A DNA stretch of 64,000 bases, from positions 58,256 to 122,255 of IMG/VR virus record IMGVR_UViG_2806311071_000002; one strand, 5' to 3'. Position 1 is the stretch's first letter. Every line of letters begins with the position of its first letter. Shown in pieces: positions 51,101 through 64,000 of the stretch. The notes under the pieces were generated by a model that made no database searches, was not told where the DNA came from, and was given only the letters and a program-made list of their open reading frames with translations. A program made the position numbers and the translations under genes. The DNA comes from a virus (taxonomy: Duplodnaviria; Caudoviricetes).

Positions 51101-51989
51101 TATTCAGGAAACCAAAGATAAGCTAAACAAACTATCCCTTGATGACTCAGATGAAGCAAAATCACAGGTAAAAGACTTAGAAAAGCAACTTCAAGAACAG
51201 CAAGAAGCATTAGATGAGTTTCTTAAAGATCGTGAAAACAGTAAACGAAAAGAATCGTTACAAGATCAGCTTCAAAAAGATGAAGATTCAATTAACAAGA
51301 AATATGATGATCTCGTTAATGATGAGCGTGGATTCAAGGAACTTGAGAAGAAGCTGATGGACGGAAAGATTACTGATATTGCTAAGCAACTGAATGAATT
51401 CTCTAAGTTCATTAACAGCAATATGGAGTCCATAGGGAAAAGCATCTCCAATAACCTTATCGATAAGCTTAAAGAAGCCTCTAATGCCCTTAATACTGTG
51501 ACCAAAGGTAATAAAACTGGAAAAAAGGTATCTTCTTTTGCATCGGGTGGATATACAGGAACAGGACTCGGCGCAGGTAAACTCGCCTTCCTACACGATA
51601 AAGAACTCATCCTTAATAAAACTGACACTGCAAATATCTTAGATACAGTAAAAGCTGTACGTGAGAACAATACTCCAAGTGAAGAGACGCCTAAATGGGG
51701 TCAAGGTGGGAAATTAGCAGTCTTGATTAACAAAGGAATCACCACTATTCCATCAATAATTCCGAATATTAATCAATCAAGCCTTTCTAATAGTTTGATT
51801 CCGAGCATTCAAAACCTCTCTTCCCCACCAGACGCAGCTAAGTCAGTAAATGGCACTATAAACAACAATGATTTTAAAGTTGAATTCACCATTAACGAAT
51901 CAGGAAATCCTCAGAAAACAGCTGATTTTGTATTCAATAAATTTGCAAATGGTCTTAAAAACAAGGGCATAAATTTCAACAACTCATGA
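45105..51989 (+). CDS. cwlP: Tape measure protein with lytic transglycosylase (SLT) and M23 peptidase domains
   Basis: About 2294 aa from the TTG (SQDLKIIL); [19 protein letters not shown] and ALAAYNAG (SLT); HKGIDF and HLHL (M23). Confidence 0.93.
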   Translation: MSQDLKIILTPKADTSSKTVEQLNQQIKSLEKKLNSLNLKTNINASALKTLNDFSSAVETYQKHLKSFNQTVKETTTVTRNADGTVEKLTQQYKKNGEIIQREKKFIDNRNQSLREQTQEVNRLAQATEKLGQVQKKTEQKNAQGQTTRVTQKNRNGFDDITYTTDPKTNATTSKVTTNYDQQRKAIEQLQLDLEKLRQQGIVTDTTLSSLGRKLNTAQTAQQIEALQNRIKMLDDKSAAVAKNNELRKTIELYQRQAQVNVQNLNTRYGDTMGAGNRQAAQDYLNAVNSLNVSAGGSNIRSQMQSLNMQFRELASNAQTASSQASSFGTELTQAFKSMSTYLISGSLFYGAISGLKEMVSQAVEIDTLMTNIRRVMNEPDYKYNELLEESINLGDTLSNKITDILQMTGDFGRMGFDESELSTLTKTAQVLQNVSDLTPDDTVNTLTAAMLNFNIAANDSISIADKLNEVDNNYAVTTLDLANSIRKAGSTASTFGVELNDLIGYTTAIASTTRESGNIVGNSLKTIFARIGNNNSSIKALEQIGISVKTASGEAKSATDLINELADKWNTLSDAQKQNTSIGVAGIYQLSRFNALMNNFSISQNAATTAANSAGSAWSEQQKYADSLQARLNRLSNAFTEMSVASSEAFISNSIVVFADALKGLMQTSAQITKTVGLLPQVFGSATTAILLFNTSLRTATISTGMSAISTLKNLVLNFNAVGLGATTASAKTAVWTRVVNASSVAMSNLKKVAVSTSAFLAGSFLPMAAMVGLGVVIEKLISSYSELKQAREDFEQAKTTSIEAITTNKDETDKLISQYKELQKAKDGGALSADQEQEYLQVTQQLAQTFPNLISGYDSQGQAILKKNQALKDAIKYTEDLSNLNKKDIQTGANSNFKESLKDIDKLNDKIKQYKQVADYYKNGKSWDIFSSENDKKNQGIKAEQDALRTEQELSSSQAKIREQVQQTIDAFNSIKINPNLSREISNAFDKIDFSKMNADELESFSINVSKYMENIQKALQSGNKNNFDSASKSLEQLVNQYMSGKDKANGLALSYDDLKTAIDSTNDSAKTAKVTWDENGEGVDALGEQVGNLSDKLKEAKGDFEAIKGIIDDLVESKQNDAAISAIQNEAYDTMSDSISPLNNLLEKMSEGKSLSATEAMKLIQKEHDLADAISVENGVVKINRNAVVKLRDTKLKAYNDMQQSVRQDLINQANALNKKINMYKSEVKAIKTVQDAYKMKSELEDNKKKIYDELKKGNSGALQFLPKTQDDLNQVTDITDQLKELDKLADLASTSLSETGTSLDDLSSSSDKASEEIKTSMYVADKYKEALEKVNAEVEKYNKQVNDYPKYSQSYRNALQKEIKALQQKKKLMQEQAKLLKDQIKSGNIAQYGIVTSSLSSGSSSGGSYSSGGGSYSGKYSSYINSAASKYGVDPALIAAVIQQESGFNARARSGAGAAGLMQLMPSTAKSLGVNNVYDPYQSIIGGTKYLAQQLSKFGGNVEKALAAYNAGPGNVIKYGGVPPFKETQNYVQKIMSNYTKSMTSANSSIASYYTKNSAFRISSKYGAQDGAYRSTPHKGIDFAAKAGTAIKSVQSGKVQIAGYSKTAGNWVVIQQDDGKVAKYMHMLDTPSVKAGQTVKAGQTIGKVGSTGNSTGNHLHLQIEENGKTVDPEKYLKGVGTSISDASQAEAERQQAIAQAKSDLLSLQGDIDSVNDQIQELRYEIVQSKLDEYDKRIGDFDVRIAKDKALASHYLSDSKEFRKYTNDQKKALTEQRKIQSQKVSFIEKEIKTNKTLNSAQRAQLAEELKQAKIDLINFQEEVRELQGQLIQSKVDETLNGIEKSTKKTESKLKDVSNKISMTEEDEDKVKYYSQQIKLIQQQQTEAKKYIKQLEAQKKAAKGFPDIQKQITEEIENWKDKQKDYNLELYNTKKSIIDVYKSLADEVVSIYKEMYEKIRDIELKAHQKATQDLIDEIDKTDDEAKYQKELKEKNQAIQETKDKLNKLSLDDSDEAKSQVKDLEKQLQEQQEALDEFLKDRENSKRKESLQDQLQKDEDSINKKYDDLVNDERGFKELEKKLMDGKITDIAKQLNEFSKFINSNMESIGKSISNNLIDKLKEASNALNTVTKGNKTGKKVSSFASGGYTGTGLGAGKLAFLHDKELILNKTDTANILDTVKAVRENNTPSEETPKWGQGGKLAVLINKGITTIPSIIPNINQSSLSNSLIPSIQNLSSPPDAAKSVNGTINNNDFKVEFTINESGNPQKTADFVFNKFANGLKNKGINFNNS

Positions 51990-52033
51990 GCCAGTAAATA
52001 TGCTGGCTCTTCTTATTTTTGAGGTGATAAAAA

Positions 52034-55443
<3,410 letters not shown>

Positions 55444-55555
55444 ACAGGCGCTATTGGTTACGTCTTTTTGTTTTAAAGCCCACTTTATTTATATATATAT
55501 ATTAGATTCCTTTTCAATCATTAAGAAATCGTCGATAACCTCAGTCTTTACTCCC

Positions 55556-56149
55556 CTATTTTTCTACTACAACATCAGGCAAATGAAATTCTTTTGATTC
55601 AGTCTTATGCTTTGTCCAAACACTGCTAATATTATGTTCTTTACACATTTGGTAGGCTTCTTCACCTAAACACTCTTTAGTTTTTTGCAGGTTTCTCACT
55701 TTTTCACCTTTGATATTGTTATCCTTCCATCCTTTGAAATAAATCTTCTCTCCATCTTCATAGGATGGACGATTCAATTCAGCTATTTCATGAATTGCAA
55801 CTCTTGAATTAACATTAACCCTTTCAGGAATCTGGATATTTAATTCATCGAAAAAGTACTTTGGTTTAAAAGGATTATTCGGATCGTACTGTAATCCTAA
55901 AATCTCAACTAAAGCCTTGTACTGGTCTCTTTCAATGGAAGTTTTTATATCATAATCAGTACTTACGGACACGGAAAGGCAAAACAATTCAGAACGTATA
56001 CCGATTAAAAGTTTATATGGTTCAATATCAGCTAAGAATATCGATTTAAAAAGTTTTCCGTTTTTTCTAAAATCAAACTTCACACGTTCCAAATTGTTTT
56101 CTTTCATATTCTGATGAAGAATTTCTAATCCATCTAGTTTCATGGCCAT
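55556..56149 (-). CDS. DUF6037-like protein inserted antisense in the tail module
   Basis: MKLDGL..L..NMK...ER.KF and EGEKIYF..W...N..KT...LG pattern; AAGGAG RBS. Confidence 0.6.
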   Translation of the reverse strand: MAMKLDGLEILHQNMKENNLERVKFDFRKNGKLFKSIFLADIEPYKLLIGIRSELFCLSVSVSTDYDIKTSIERDQYKALVEILGLQYDPNNPFKPKYFFDELNIQIPERVNVNSRVAIHEIAELNRPSYEDGEKIYFKGWKDNNIKGEKVRNLQKTKECLGEEAYQMCKEHNISSVWTKHKTESKEFHLPDVVVEK

Positions 56150-56398
56150 CTCCTTTTTTGATGTTTATCATTCAATTTTAATGTTCTATGGACTATTTTT
56201 CCACTAAACAGATGACTTTTAAATAAAATTCTTCTTTTATGCAAAGACTTGACCGTTTTCATACGATAATACCCCTTTTTTACTTAAAAATACCTTGTAA
56301 ATTATAAACCATTTTACCACTTGATCCCATAGTAGAAATTGTGTCATGATGGATTTTGGTATATAAAGTGTTTAACAGAAAGAGTGAGGGGATCAGCA

Positions 56399-56566
56399 AT
56401 GAGTGACAAAAAATATGAATCTATACACTGGTTTGCGTCAGTACTAGCGTTTTTATTAATAATTTTGAATAGCTTTTTTATAAAAATTGAGGGTGTAACT
56501 GTTGGTATTGCGATTGTATACATAGTGATCATGGGAATTGTTAGGAGTAAATGGAAAAAAGCTTAG
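56399..56566 (+). CDS. Small two-TM membrane protein
   Basis: GAGGGG RBS; 55 aa with two hydrophobic segments. Confidence 0.55.
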   Translation: MSDKKYESIHWFASVLAFLLIILNSFFIKIEGVTVGIAIVYIVIMGIVRSKWKKA

Positions 56567-56659
56567 AGAGAAAAGACTGCAGAGTTTAGAAGAGAGAGTC
56601 GCGCACTTGGAAGAATTGCTCAAATCAATTACACAATAAGAAAGGACGGTGAATTTAGT

Positions 56660-57475
56660 TTGGATTTCCCTCAGCTCTATAACGACCCTACCCTTTCTCA
56701 AAAAAGGAAGGGTTCAATCGATGACCCTTATTTAAGCTATAGTGAAACTTTAACTGTTTACAATGGTCGAGTCTTACTTACAGAAGTACCTAACCGTGAG
56801 TACAGAGTCGAGGTTAGTGGTGACAGTAAAGAATGGCGAGAAATTGAAGATGGTGAATTAGAAGACAACTACTTTAAGGTTGATTACCTTATGGGAGTTG
56901 TCTTTTTCAATGGTTCAAATGAAGGCAAATCACTTACTTTTACATATCAAGGAGAAGGTGCATCCTTCTTCCCTGCCTCAAGAATTTGGATTAAACGGCA
57001 AGGAAATATGGTCATTGAAACACTTCAAGGCTTAATTGATGATGCTGAAGATGCCATTATTCGTATCAACGAACGTATTGCTGAATGTGAACGTGTCACC
57101 AAGCGATGTGTTGAAATAACAAATTGGTGCAGACAAGCAACATCAGATTATGAGTATGTAGTTGAGAACACTAGGAAGATTTACTTGCCGTTTGTGTACA
57201 CCTATCAGGATTTATTAAGCACTTATCCTTCCCCTCAAATTGGTTGGACTGTCACTGTAAAAGAAACAGGTATTGAATATCGATGGGATGGTTTCGACTG
57301 GATAAATATTAGCATCTCAGATAAGTATGATGGTTTCAACATTGTTTCTAGCTATGTAGAGCCTTACAACATCAGATCAGTATGGTTGAGAACGAACAAT
57401 GCTCCCAAAAAGATGAGGATAAAACCTTCTGCAGAACCCCCTGACGGAAGTATGGTTTGGATTAGAAAAGGATAA
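56660..57475 (+). CDS. YomF-like baseplate/tail protein
   Basis: Synteny upstream of the tail spike. Confidence 0.6.
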   Translation: MDFPQLYNDPTLSQKRKGSIDDPYLSYSETLTVYNGRVLLTEVPNREYRVEVSGDSKEWREIEDGELEDNYFKVDYLMGVVFFNGSNEGKSLTFTYQGEGASFFPASRIWIKRQGNMVIETLQGLIDDAEDAIIRINERIAECERVTKRCVEITNWCRQATSDYEYVVENTRKIYLPFVYTYQDLLSTYPSPQIGWTVTVKETGIEYRWDGFDWINISISDKYDGFNIVSSYVEPYNIRSVWLRTNNAPKKMRIKPSAEPPDGSMVWIRKG

Positions 57476-57488
57476 GGAGGAGTATATA

Positions 57489-60038
57489 TTGAACGACAAT
57501 TTAATTCCCGTAAACACAATGGGTTATATGGACGAAGAAACAGAGCAATGGATACCCATTGATGCCATAGGGTTAAAATCAAATAATATTAGATATACTG
57601 CAGACGATATCCAAGAGGCTTTTGATAAAGCTTCTAAGGATATTAAAAACGTAATAAGCACAGTCGATTCTGGTTTAACAGATATCACAAACACTATTGG
57701 AGACATTTCAAAAATCCCTGCATCCGGTGCAACAATTGTTGATAAAGTCTTAAATGAGTTTATCAGACGAAGTGTCAATGTTCAGGATTTTGGAGCTAAG
57801 GGTGACGGGATTACTGATGATACTGAAGCTTTCAAAGCTGCTTTTGCCAGTGGGAAGCGAGAAGTTTTTGTACCCGCAGGTATTTATATGGTTCAAGGAT
57901 TGCATATCCCCTCTTATGTCAGACTTTACGGTGTTGGGTCAGGGTCTATTATCAAGCTTCACCCAACTGCTGCCGGAACATCTTGTGTGTTAACCAATAG
58001 CGACTACACAAACGGAAACGAATATATCTTAATTGAAGACTTAGACCTCGATTGGAATTTAGACAAAAAGGATAACACCATTACAAATGGAACAAATGCA
58101 AACTGTGTGGGTATTGTTAACTCTAAATTTGTTCGGGTTAGTAACGTCAATGCTCGAAATCCAGGTGTGCACGGTTTTGATGTAAGCTCCCCTGTTTGGA
58201 ACTCTTCCTCTGATGGAGCAGATCATTATCAGCCAAATGGTAGCAAATATGTTTGGATTGAAAATTGTACTGCAACTAATTATGGTGATGATGGCTTCAC
58301 AACTCACTATTCCGACTACATCTTCTTTACTAACTGTTATGCTTATGACGCTAATGGATCCGCACACAGCAAAGGAGCTTCAAATTCAAACGGTTTTGAA
58401 ATTGATGATGGCTCTAAAAACATATGGCTTGTGAACTGTTACAGCCGAAAAAATTGCAGGGGTTTCGAAGTCAAAGCTCACAACAGAGCACCAGCAGCAA
58501 GAAACGTAAACTTAATTAACTGCTATTCCGAAAATGATATCCGTGCTTTCGACTTTAGACATATTGGCTTCCACCTAGCCTCCGAAAAAATCTCCACAAG
58601 TGCATTTGACATAAATGTCGTTAACTGCACTGCACAACATCCTATTTTCAGTGACCTCTATCAAGGTTTAAATCCTCGCGCACTTGTTATTTCCGCTTAT
58701 AGAAATGTTAACGTATCAAACTTCAACGCAATTGGCGACCCGACATATGATTACAAGAATACTACAGTAATCTCTACTCAATATAAGAGCAAAAATATTA
58801 ATCTAAGCAACATCACTGTTTCAGGGTTTACAACAGCAAGTAACGATATCTATGTAATTGGCGGAGCTCAAAAATCAGACAATGTAAACATCTCGAATGT
58901 AACCATTAACCAGTCTGCTTTAGTGGGTATTGCTGTGGGAAGTAAAGTTGGCTCAGTCAATATCAATAACGTTAACATGACGGGAACAAACAAAGCAGGT
59001 TCAATAGGTATTTACTGCACTAACTCGCAAGCCAATATTAGCGCTGCAATGTGCGAACAATATGCTACTCCCAGTAAAATTGCCGGAAAAACCTACACGT
59101 TTATCCCGAATAATTTCAAGGGTGGTCTACGCGGGGCTACGACTTCTGGCTATGCTAAAACAAATACTAGTGCAGTATTAGCTTCATCGGGTGAACCTCA
59201 AGCACTTGGAGATGCCACTTTAGTTGGAGCCACTACCGGAGGATGCGTTGCAAAGGGAACAAGAACCAACGTTTTCGGTTCATCAGGCGGAAGCTCTGTA
59301 GATGGATCTCGTAGCGGTGTTTACAACTCCAATGATTCTCATATCGAGGGGCAAAATGTATCACGTGAAATCCACGCTTCTGGCGGTGTAAAACTTGGTG
59401 AAAATGATCGCTATATGGTGGTTGGCGGATATGGTGCTACTCCATCCAGAGCAAATATTAAATGGATGCTAAACTCCATGAATGGGGATATAACATCGGC
59501 AGGAAAGATGAATGGCGGAGCCACCTTTAGTGATTACGCTGAGTATTTTGAAAGCCTTGACGGAAAAGCAATTCCAACAGGAACAATTGTCACTCTTGAA
59601 GGAGCTAAAATTCGCCCGGCAAGAAAAGGTGAAGATGTACACGGAGTGATCTCCGAAACTGCAGGAACCATTTTAGGCGGAGCTGATATTCACTGGCAAG
59701 GTAGATATTTAAAGAATGAGTTCGGTGGATACATATATGAAGATGTGGTCAACCCAGAAACCGGTGATGTTAAGAAACTGCCTAAAGTAAACCCTGAGTG
59801 GATTGAAAAAATTGATTACGTCCCTCGTGAAGAACGCCCTGAATGGAATATAGTAGGATTGCTTGGACAGGTTTATGTAAAAGTGGACAACACCGTTTCT
59901 GTTGGAGATCGGATTGAAGGCAATTATGGCATCGGCACAAAAACAGAAGACAGGTTTTACTCTTGGAAGGCTATGGAGATTGTAACCCCATATTCAGACA
60001 AGCTTGGCTATGGCATTGCCATCTGCTTAATTAAGTAA
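57489..60038 (+). CDS. yomE: Tail spike: pectate-lyase-like beta-helix plus peptidase G2 intramolecular chaperone
   Basis: VNVQDFGAKGDGITDDT start, beta-helix repeats, SDYAEYFES autocleavage motif. Confidence 0.85.
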   Translation: MNDNLIPVNTMGYMDEETEQWIPIDAIGLKSNNIRYTADDIQEAFDKASKDIKNVISTVDSGLTDITNTIGDISKIPASGATIVDKVLNEFIRRSVNVQDFGAKGDGITDDTEAFKAAFASGKREVFVPAGIYMVQGLHIPSYVRLYGVGSGSIIKLHPTAAGTSCVLTNSDYTNGNEYILIEDLDLDWNLDKKDNTITNGTNANCVGIVNSKFVRVSNVNARNPGVHGFDVSSPVWNSSSDGADHYQPNGSKYVWIENCTATNYGDDGFTTHYSDYIFFTNCYAYDANGSAHSKGASNSNGFEIDDGSKNIWLVNCYSRKNCRGFEVKAHNRAPAARNVNLINCYSENDIRAFDFRHIGFHLASEKISTSAFDINVVNCTAQHPIFSDLYQGLNPRALVISAYRNVNVSNFNAIGDPTYDYKNTTVISTQYKSKNINLSNITVSGFTTASNDIYVIGGAQKSDNVNISNVTINQSALVGIAVGSKVGSVNINNVNMTGTNKAGSIGIYCTNSQANISAAMCEQYATPSKIAGKTYTFIPNNFKGGLRGATTSGYAKTNTSAVLASSGEPQALGDATLVGATTGGCVAKGTRTNVFGSSGGSSVDGSRSGVYNSNDSHIEGQNVSREIHASGGVKLGENDRYMVVGGYGATPSRANIKWMLNSMNGDITSAGKMNGGATFSDYAEYFESLDGKAIPTGTIVTLEGAKIRPARKGEDVHGVISETAGTILGGADIHWQGRYLKNEFGGYIYEDVVNPETGDVKKLPKVNPEWIEKIDYVPREERPEWNIVGLLGQVYVKVDNTVSVGDRIEGNYGIGTKTEDRFYSWKAMEIVTPYSDKLGYGIAICLIK

Positions 60039-60206
60039 TCCCTCAAATTAAAGGAGGTGGTTATGTTCTAGTTAAAATATAAATTTTATTCAATTTACAG
60101 CATTCAAAAACAGAGATAACAAGAGCATACGTGAGATAAAGAGAGATTGGGGTTTATCCCCTTCTCTCTTTTTGTGCTCAAATTTAATTTTAGGAGAGAT
60201 GTATAT

Positions 60207-61214
60207 ATGACAGCAATTATTCAAGACTTCATTCCATCAGGAAGCAGCAATAGACCAGGATATTCCATGAACCCATTGTATATTACAGTTCATAATACTT
60301 CTAATACAGCTGAAGGGGCAAATGCTGCTAGTCATGCACGTTTTGTAAAGAACAACCCGTCAACAGGTGTTAGCTGGCATTTCACAGTCGATGATACGGA
60401 AATTTATCAGCATCTTCCATTGAACGAAAACGGCTGGCACGCGGGCGACGGAAACGGCACCGGTAACCGGAAATCTATCGGCATTGAAATTTGTGAGAAT
60501 AGTGATGGGGATTTTGAAAAAGCCGTGGCAAATGCGCAATGGCTGATCAAAAAGCTCATGAAGGAGCAGGGCATTTCCCTTGCAAACGTAGTTCCTCATA
60601 AACGTTGGTCAGGGAAGCTTTGTCCACGCAAGTTGCTTGATCGTTGGGACTCTTTTAAATCCGGTATCAGTGGTGCTCCATCTAAAACTGTAACTTCTCC
60701 TGAGGTTAAAACAAGAGAGTCATACATTAAGAATACAGTTACCGCAGACAGTCTCAATGTGAGAACTCAACGCAATGCAAACTCCTCTATCGTACTTACT
60801 CTTCCTAAAGGCTCCACTGTCCAATATCAAAAGGGATCAACTCAAAACGGTTGGGGTTATATCAAATATACAAACTCCAAAGGTGCTACATACAGCGGAT
60901 ATGTAAATGTGAAATACATTAAAAGTGATGCTGAGCTTGGAAAATCAACCCCAAAGCCTAAACCCACTTCTAAGCCTGATAGCAATGGAATCAAATCTGT
61001 AGGCAAGATTAAAGTTGTCGGAGTAAAAAGCGCTGCTATCGTAATGGACAGACCTGATAAAAACAAAGCGAAGAATCTCGGCACTGTGGAGCTAGGTGAT
61101 ACCGTCAACATTTCTGGCTCAGTGAAAGGTTCAAACAATGCTAAGGGTTACTGGGAAGTGATCTATAAAGGTAAACGCGGCTACATCTCAGGGCAGTTTG
61201 GATCAAAAATCTAA
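60207..61214 (+). CDS. Endolysin: N-acetylmuramoyl-L-alanine amidase (Amidase_2) with SH3-like binding domains
   Basis: ITVHNT, SWHFTVD, WHAGDG, SIGIEIC and PHKRWSGKLCP motifs. Confidence 0.92.
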   Translation: MTAIIQDFIPSGSSNRPGYSMNPLYITVHNTSNTAEGANAASHARFVKNNPSTGVSWHFTVDDTEIYQHLPLNENGWHAGDGNGTGNRKSIGIEICENSDGDFEKAVANAQWLIKKLMKEQGISLANVVPHKRWSGKLCPRKLLDRWDSFKSGISGAPSKTVTSPEVKTRESYIKNTVTADSLNVRTQRNANSSIVLTLPKGSTVQYQKGSTQNGWGYIKYTNSKGATYSGYVNVKYIKSDAELGKSTPKPKPTSKPDSNGIKSVGKIKVVGVKSAAIVMDRPDKNKAKNLGTVELGDTVNISGSVKGSNNAKGYWEVIYKGKRGYISGQFGSKI

Positions 61215-61320
61215 ATATATTTAAATACCTTTGAGGATGATTGTAGCTCAAAGTGTATTAATGATTATTTAGGAGGTGATGTGACATTACCTCCTATTTT
61301 TTATGGAGGATGATTGCATT

Positions 61321-61692
61321 GTGGCTGAAAATGAAAATTATGAAGTTTTAAAGACTGAGGTCGCTCATATAAAAGAACGTCTTAAAGAACAAGCAGAAGA
61401 TAGAAAAATCATGTTGGAAACACAAAAAACAACAAGTGAATCACTTATTAGGCTTACCACTGTTGTTGAGAATCAAGAAAAAAATCTTGTTGAAACAAAA
61501 AATTTGTTCACCACTGAGATAGCTGGACTAAGAAATGAATTTCAGCAAGTTAATCAGTCGCAAACAAAGTGGCTTCAAAACTTATTAGAAGGAACATTCG
61601 GCAAGACATTGAAGATTTTAGTTCTAATTATTCTCTTACTGCTTGGTGCAGAGATCGCTGGTGTTGATATCACCAAATTAGCTAATTTATAA
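61321..61692 (+). CDS. Holin-associated coiled-coil membrane protein (BhlA/XhlA-like role)
   Basis: GGAGG RBS + GTG; coiled coil with C-terminal TM; lies between endolysin and holin. Confidence 0.6.
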   Translation: MAENENYEVLKTEVAHIKERLKEQAEDRKIMLETQKTTSESLIRLTTVVENQEKNLVETKNLFTTEIAGLRNEFQQVNQSQTKWLQNLLEGTFGKTLKILVLIILLLLGAEIAGVDITKLANL

Positions 61693-61704
61693 GGAGACGA
61701 TTTA

Positions 61705-61956
61705 ATGACTAAAATTAACTGGAAAGTAAGACTAAAAAAGAAAACATTCCTGGTTGCAATCTTCTCTGCAACTCTTTTGTTTGCACAAGCAATTGCATCT
61801 GCTTTTGGATACGATATTTCTGTATTTAGCGATGGTCTCACTGAGAAATTTAATGCACTGTTAACATTTTTAACTGCCATGGGAATTGTAGTGGATCCAA
61901 CCACTACAGGTATCTCAGATAGTGATCAAGCAATGGAATATACAGAACCAAAATAA
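61705..61956 (+). CDS. Holin, phi LC3 family
   Basis: INWKVRLKKKTF and GIVVDPTTTGISDS.QAM.Y..PK motifs. Confidence 0.9.
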   Translation: MTKINWKVRLKKKTFLVAIFSATLLFAQAIASAFGYDISVFSDGLTEKFNALLTFLTAMGIVVDPTTTGISDSDQAMEYTEPK

Positions 61957-62006
61957 CTTGGGGAGTTTATCTCCCCTTTTTTTCATTTTCAAGAAGAAAG
62001 GAATGA

Positions 62007-62297
62007 TTGTTGATCATGCAAATAGGATCTGGATATATCGGGAGTCCAATGCTTGAGAAGTCAAAGTCTAACCATGAAGTAATCCCTTCCCCACCTGCAA
62101 CATGGACGATTAAATATTCTTTCTATAAGTTCAGCTTTTCGAATGATCAGGAATGTCACGTATCAATCAATGGTGGAGATCCTATCTATTTAAGGGCTGG
62201 GCAAGGCTTTCAAATGGACGCTTACGATTCACCTATTACAAGCTTCAAGATTTCTGAGTCAGGAATAACATATAACTTTTTGGGGGCGCATAAATGA
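62007..62297 (+). CDS. Hypothetical beta-rich protein
   Basis: ORF with GAAAGGA RBS, coupled to the next gene. Confidence 0.55.
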   Translation: MLIMQIGSGYIGSPMLEKSKSNHEVIPSPPATWTIKYSFYKFSFSNDQECHVSINGGDPIYLRAGQGFQMDAYDSPITSFKISESGITYNFLGAHK

Positions 62298-62572
62298 GTT
62301 TCTTCAATCCAATGGTTAATGTCTCAATTGTCACTGGGAAGTCTGCTTATGATATTGCAGTAGACAATGGTTTTTCAGGAACTGTAGAGGAATGGTTAGC
62401 ATCATTAAAAGGTGAAAAAGGCGACACTGGAGCTACAGGTGCAACCGGGGTTAAAGGTGCTACTGGCGCTGCCGGTAAAGATGGAAAATCAGCATATGAA
62501 TTAGCCGTTCAACAAGGTTTCTCAGGAACATTAGATGAGTGGCTTGCCTCACTGAAAGCAACAGCAAACTGA
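62294..62572 (+). CDS. Short collagen-like (Gly-X-Y) protein
   Basis: Two GKSAY..AV..GF.GT..EWLASLK repeats flanking GXY triplets. Confidence 0.7.
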   Translation: MSFFNPMVNVSIVTGKSAYDIAVDNGFSGTVEEWLASLKGEKGDTGATGATGVKGATGAAGKDGKSAYELAVQQGFSGTLDEWLASLKATAN

Positions 62573-62723
62573 TCACGTACCCTTCTCTAACGAGGAGGGT
62601 ATTTTTTTCGTTTCGTTCAAAATCGAATTATTGATTTGTTTTTAATTTTCACTCAAATCCCCTTTACATTTCTTTCCTCTAATGCAACTATATAATAAAA
62701 TGAATATGAAAGGGGTTTAGGAC

Positions 62724-63884
62724 TTGAAGAGTGAAAAGGTCATTCCTTATGATTTAGTAGCAACAAAGATGAATCATTGGTATGTGGCTATTAAAAAGAA
62801 TTGGGTCGGTAGAGCAGAAGAAATGCGGAAAGAAGTTATGCAGGAAATAAAAATTATGGAAGAAAATCAAGATGTTTTACTATATTACTCCCTGCTTGAG
62901 TTTAGACATAAGTTAATGTTGGCATATATGTATCCTAACGCTATAAAAGACATTGAGAAAAATTATGGTGAGTTAAAAGCATATGAAGGCCATGAAAACT
63001 TAACAGGAATGCTCGAATATTACTATTATTTTTTCATGGGCATGTTCTATTTTAGACAAAAGGAGTTGGCATTCTCCCTTAATCACTATAGACAAGCTGA
63101 GAGATATTTGGATTCAATCGAGAGCGAAGATATTGAAGTTGAAAAAGCTGAATTTTATTTTAAATTATCAGAAGTGTATTACCACATGAAACAGACTTAT
63201 TTTTCAATGAATTATGCCATGAGGGCTTACGATATATTTAAAAAGCAACCTGTTATTGACGGTAACCCTACATACGGGGTACAAAAGGTACGCTGTCAAT
63301 TCGTCATATTTGGTAATTTATTGGACAGTATGAAGTTTGATGAAGCTTTAAAGCAAGCATACAAAGCGTATCAGGAAGCAGTAGAGCTAAACAAAAGTGA
63401 AAAGAATCGTGGGCATTTGATGCGTTCAGCACTGTTTAATATTGGATTATGTTATAATCAAATGGAAGAACTTGATAAAGCATTTTTTCACTTTAATAAG
63501 TCACTTCAAATCATTGAGCCGGAAAATCATGATTACGCTGCTAAAACATTATTTGTTATCTCCTTCTTAAAGGGAAGGCAAAATGACATTGAAAACGCAA
63601 AAAAATTTTATGAACAGGCCAAACAGTTGGCTGAACGGCATAACAATGAAATGGTACTTGAAAAGTTAAAAATGGTTAAAGGACTTTTCTTGGACTATGA
63701 TTTAGACTTAGTTAGGAAAACATTCGAGTTCTTCAAAGAAAGAAGTATATACCCTGACATGGAAAGTTATGGTGTCTCTGTAGCAGATTTTCTCACTGGA
63801 AAACAGGATGCTTGGGGTGCAGTTGAATTTTATCGTTTGGCAAATGAAGCAAGAAGACAAATCAAAAGGGGAGAAGCAATATGA
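62724..63884 (+). CDS. Rap-family response regulator aspartate phosphatase (TPR)
   Basis: MEENQDVLLYYSLLEFRH, LTGMLEYYYYFF.GM and EKAEFYFKLSEVYYHMKQT motifs. Confidence 0.93.
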   Translation: MKSEKVIPYDLVATKMNHWYVAIKKNWVGRAEEMRKEVMQEIKIMEENQDVLLYYSLLEFRHKLMLAYMYPNAIKDIEKNYGELKAYEGHENLTGMLEYYYYFFMGMFYFRQKELAFSLNHYRQAERYLDSIESEDIEVEKAEFYFKLSEVYYHMKQTYFSMNYAMRAYDIFKKQPVIDGNPTYGVQKVRCQFVIFGNLLDSMKFDEALKQAYKAYQEAVELNKSEKNRGHLMRSALFNIGLCYNQMEELDKAFFHFNKSLQIIEPENHDYAAKTLFVISFLKGRQNDIENAKKFYEQAKQLAERHNNEMVLEKLKMVKGLFLDYDLDLVRKTFEFFKERSIYPDMESYGVSVADFLTGKQDAWGAVEFYRLANEARRQIKRGEAI

Positions 63885-64000
63885 AAACTAAGCTATTTAT
63901 TTGTGCAGTTCTATTATTCGGCGTTGCCGGAACAGTGGGTGCTTCCTATCTCCAACAACAAAATGATACGTTCAAGGTTGCTGAAAGAGCCGAAACGTGA
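63881..64000 (+). CDS. Phr pro-peptide, 39 aa MKTKLFICAVLLFGVAGTVGASYLQQQNDTFKVAERAET; predicted mature ERAET
   Basis: Translated by hand; ATGA overlap with the rap stop, signal peptide, C-terminal VA-ERAET. Confidence 0.88.
   Translation: MKTKLFICAVLLFGVAGTVGASYLQQQNDTFKVAERAET

Overview
This window is an internal 64-kb stretch of an SPbeta-like (Spbetavirus-type) temperate Bacillus phage or prophage. No att site or host gene is visible. The left part (1-19 kb, mostly minus strand) holds the arbitrium pair aimR/aimP (mature peptide GMPRGA) and a mosaic accessory region. That region contains a SIR2-like/unknown/HNH three-gene cassette, a proteasome-beta/HslV-like Ntn protein, a YopB-like HTH with three operator-bearing promoters, a GIY-YIG nuclease, a UvrD/PcrA-like helicase operon, yonV, the yonT/SR6/yoyJ type I toxin-antitoxin locus, and a TubZ-like tubulin (split by a 1-nt frameshift) with a winged-helix partner. 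The right part (19.4-64 kb, plus strand) holds the YonO RNA polymerase, an HU-like protein, and a ~2-kb mostly ORF-free but highly structured RNA region, which includes a tRNA-like element with an expanded anticodon domain and two tandem pseudoknot repeats. It then runs through packaging, head, tail, tape-measure (CwlP), tail-spike and lysis genes, with a GDPD lipoprotein and a DUF6037-like moron inserted, and ends with a Rap-Phr pair (predicted peptide ERAET). Gene names come from recalled similarity and synteny to SPbeta, not from database searches.
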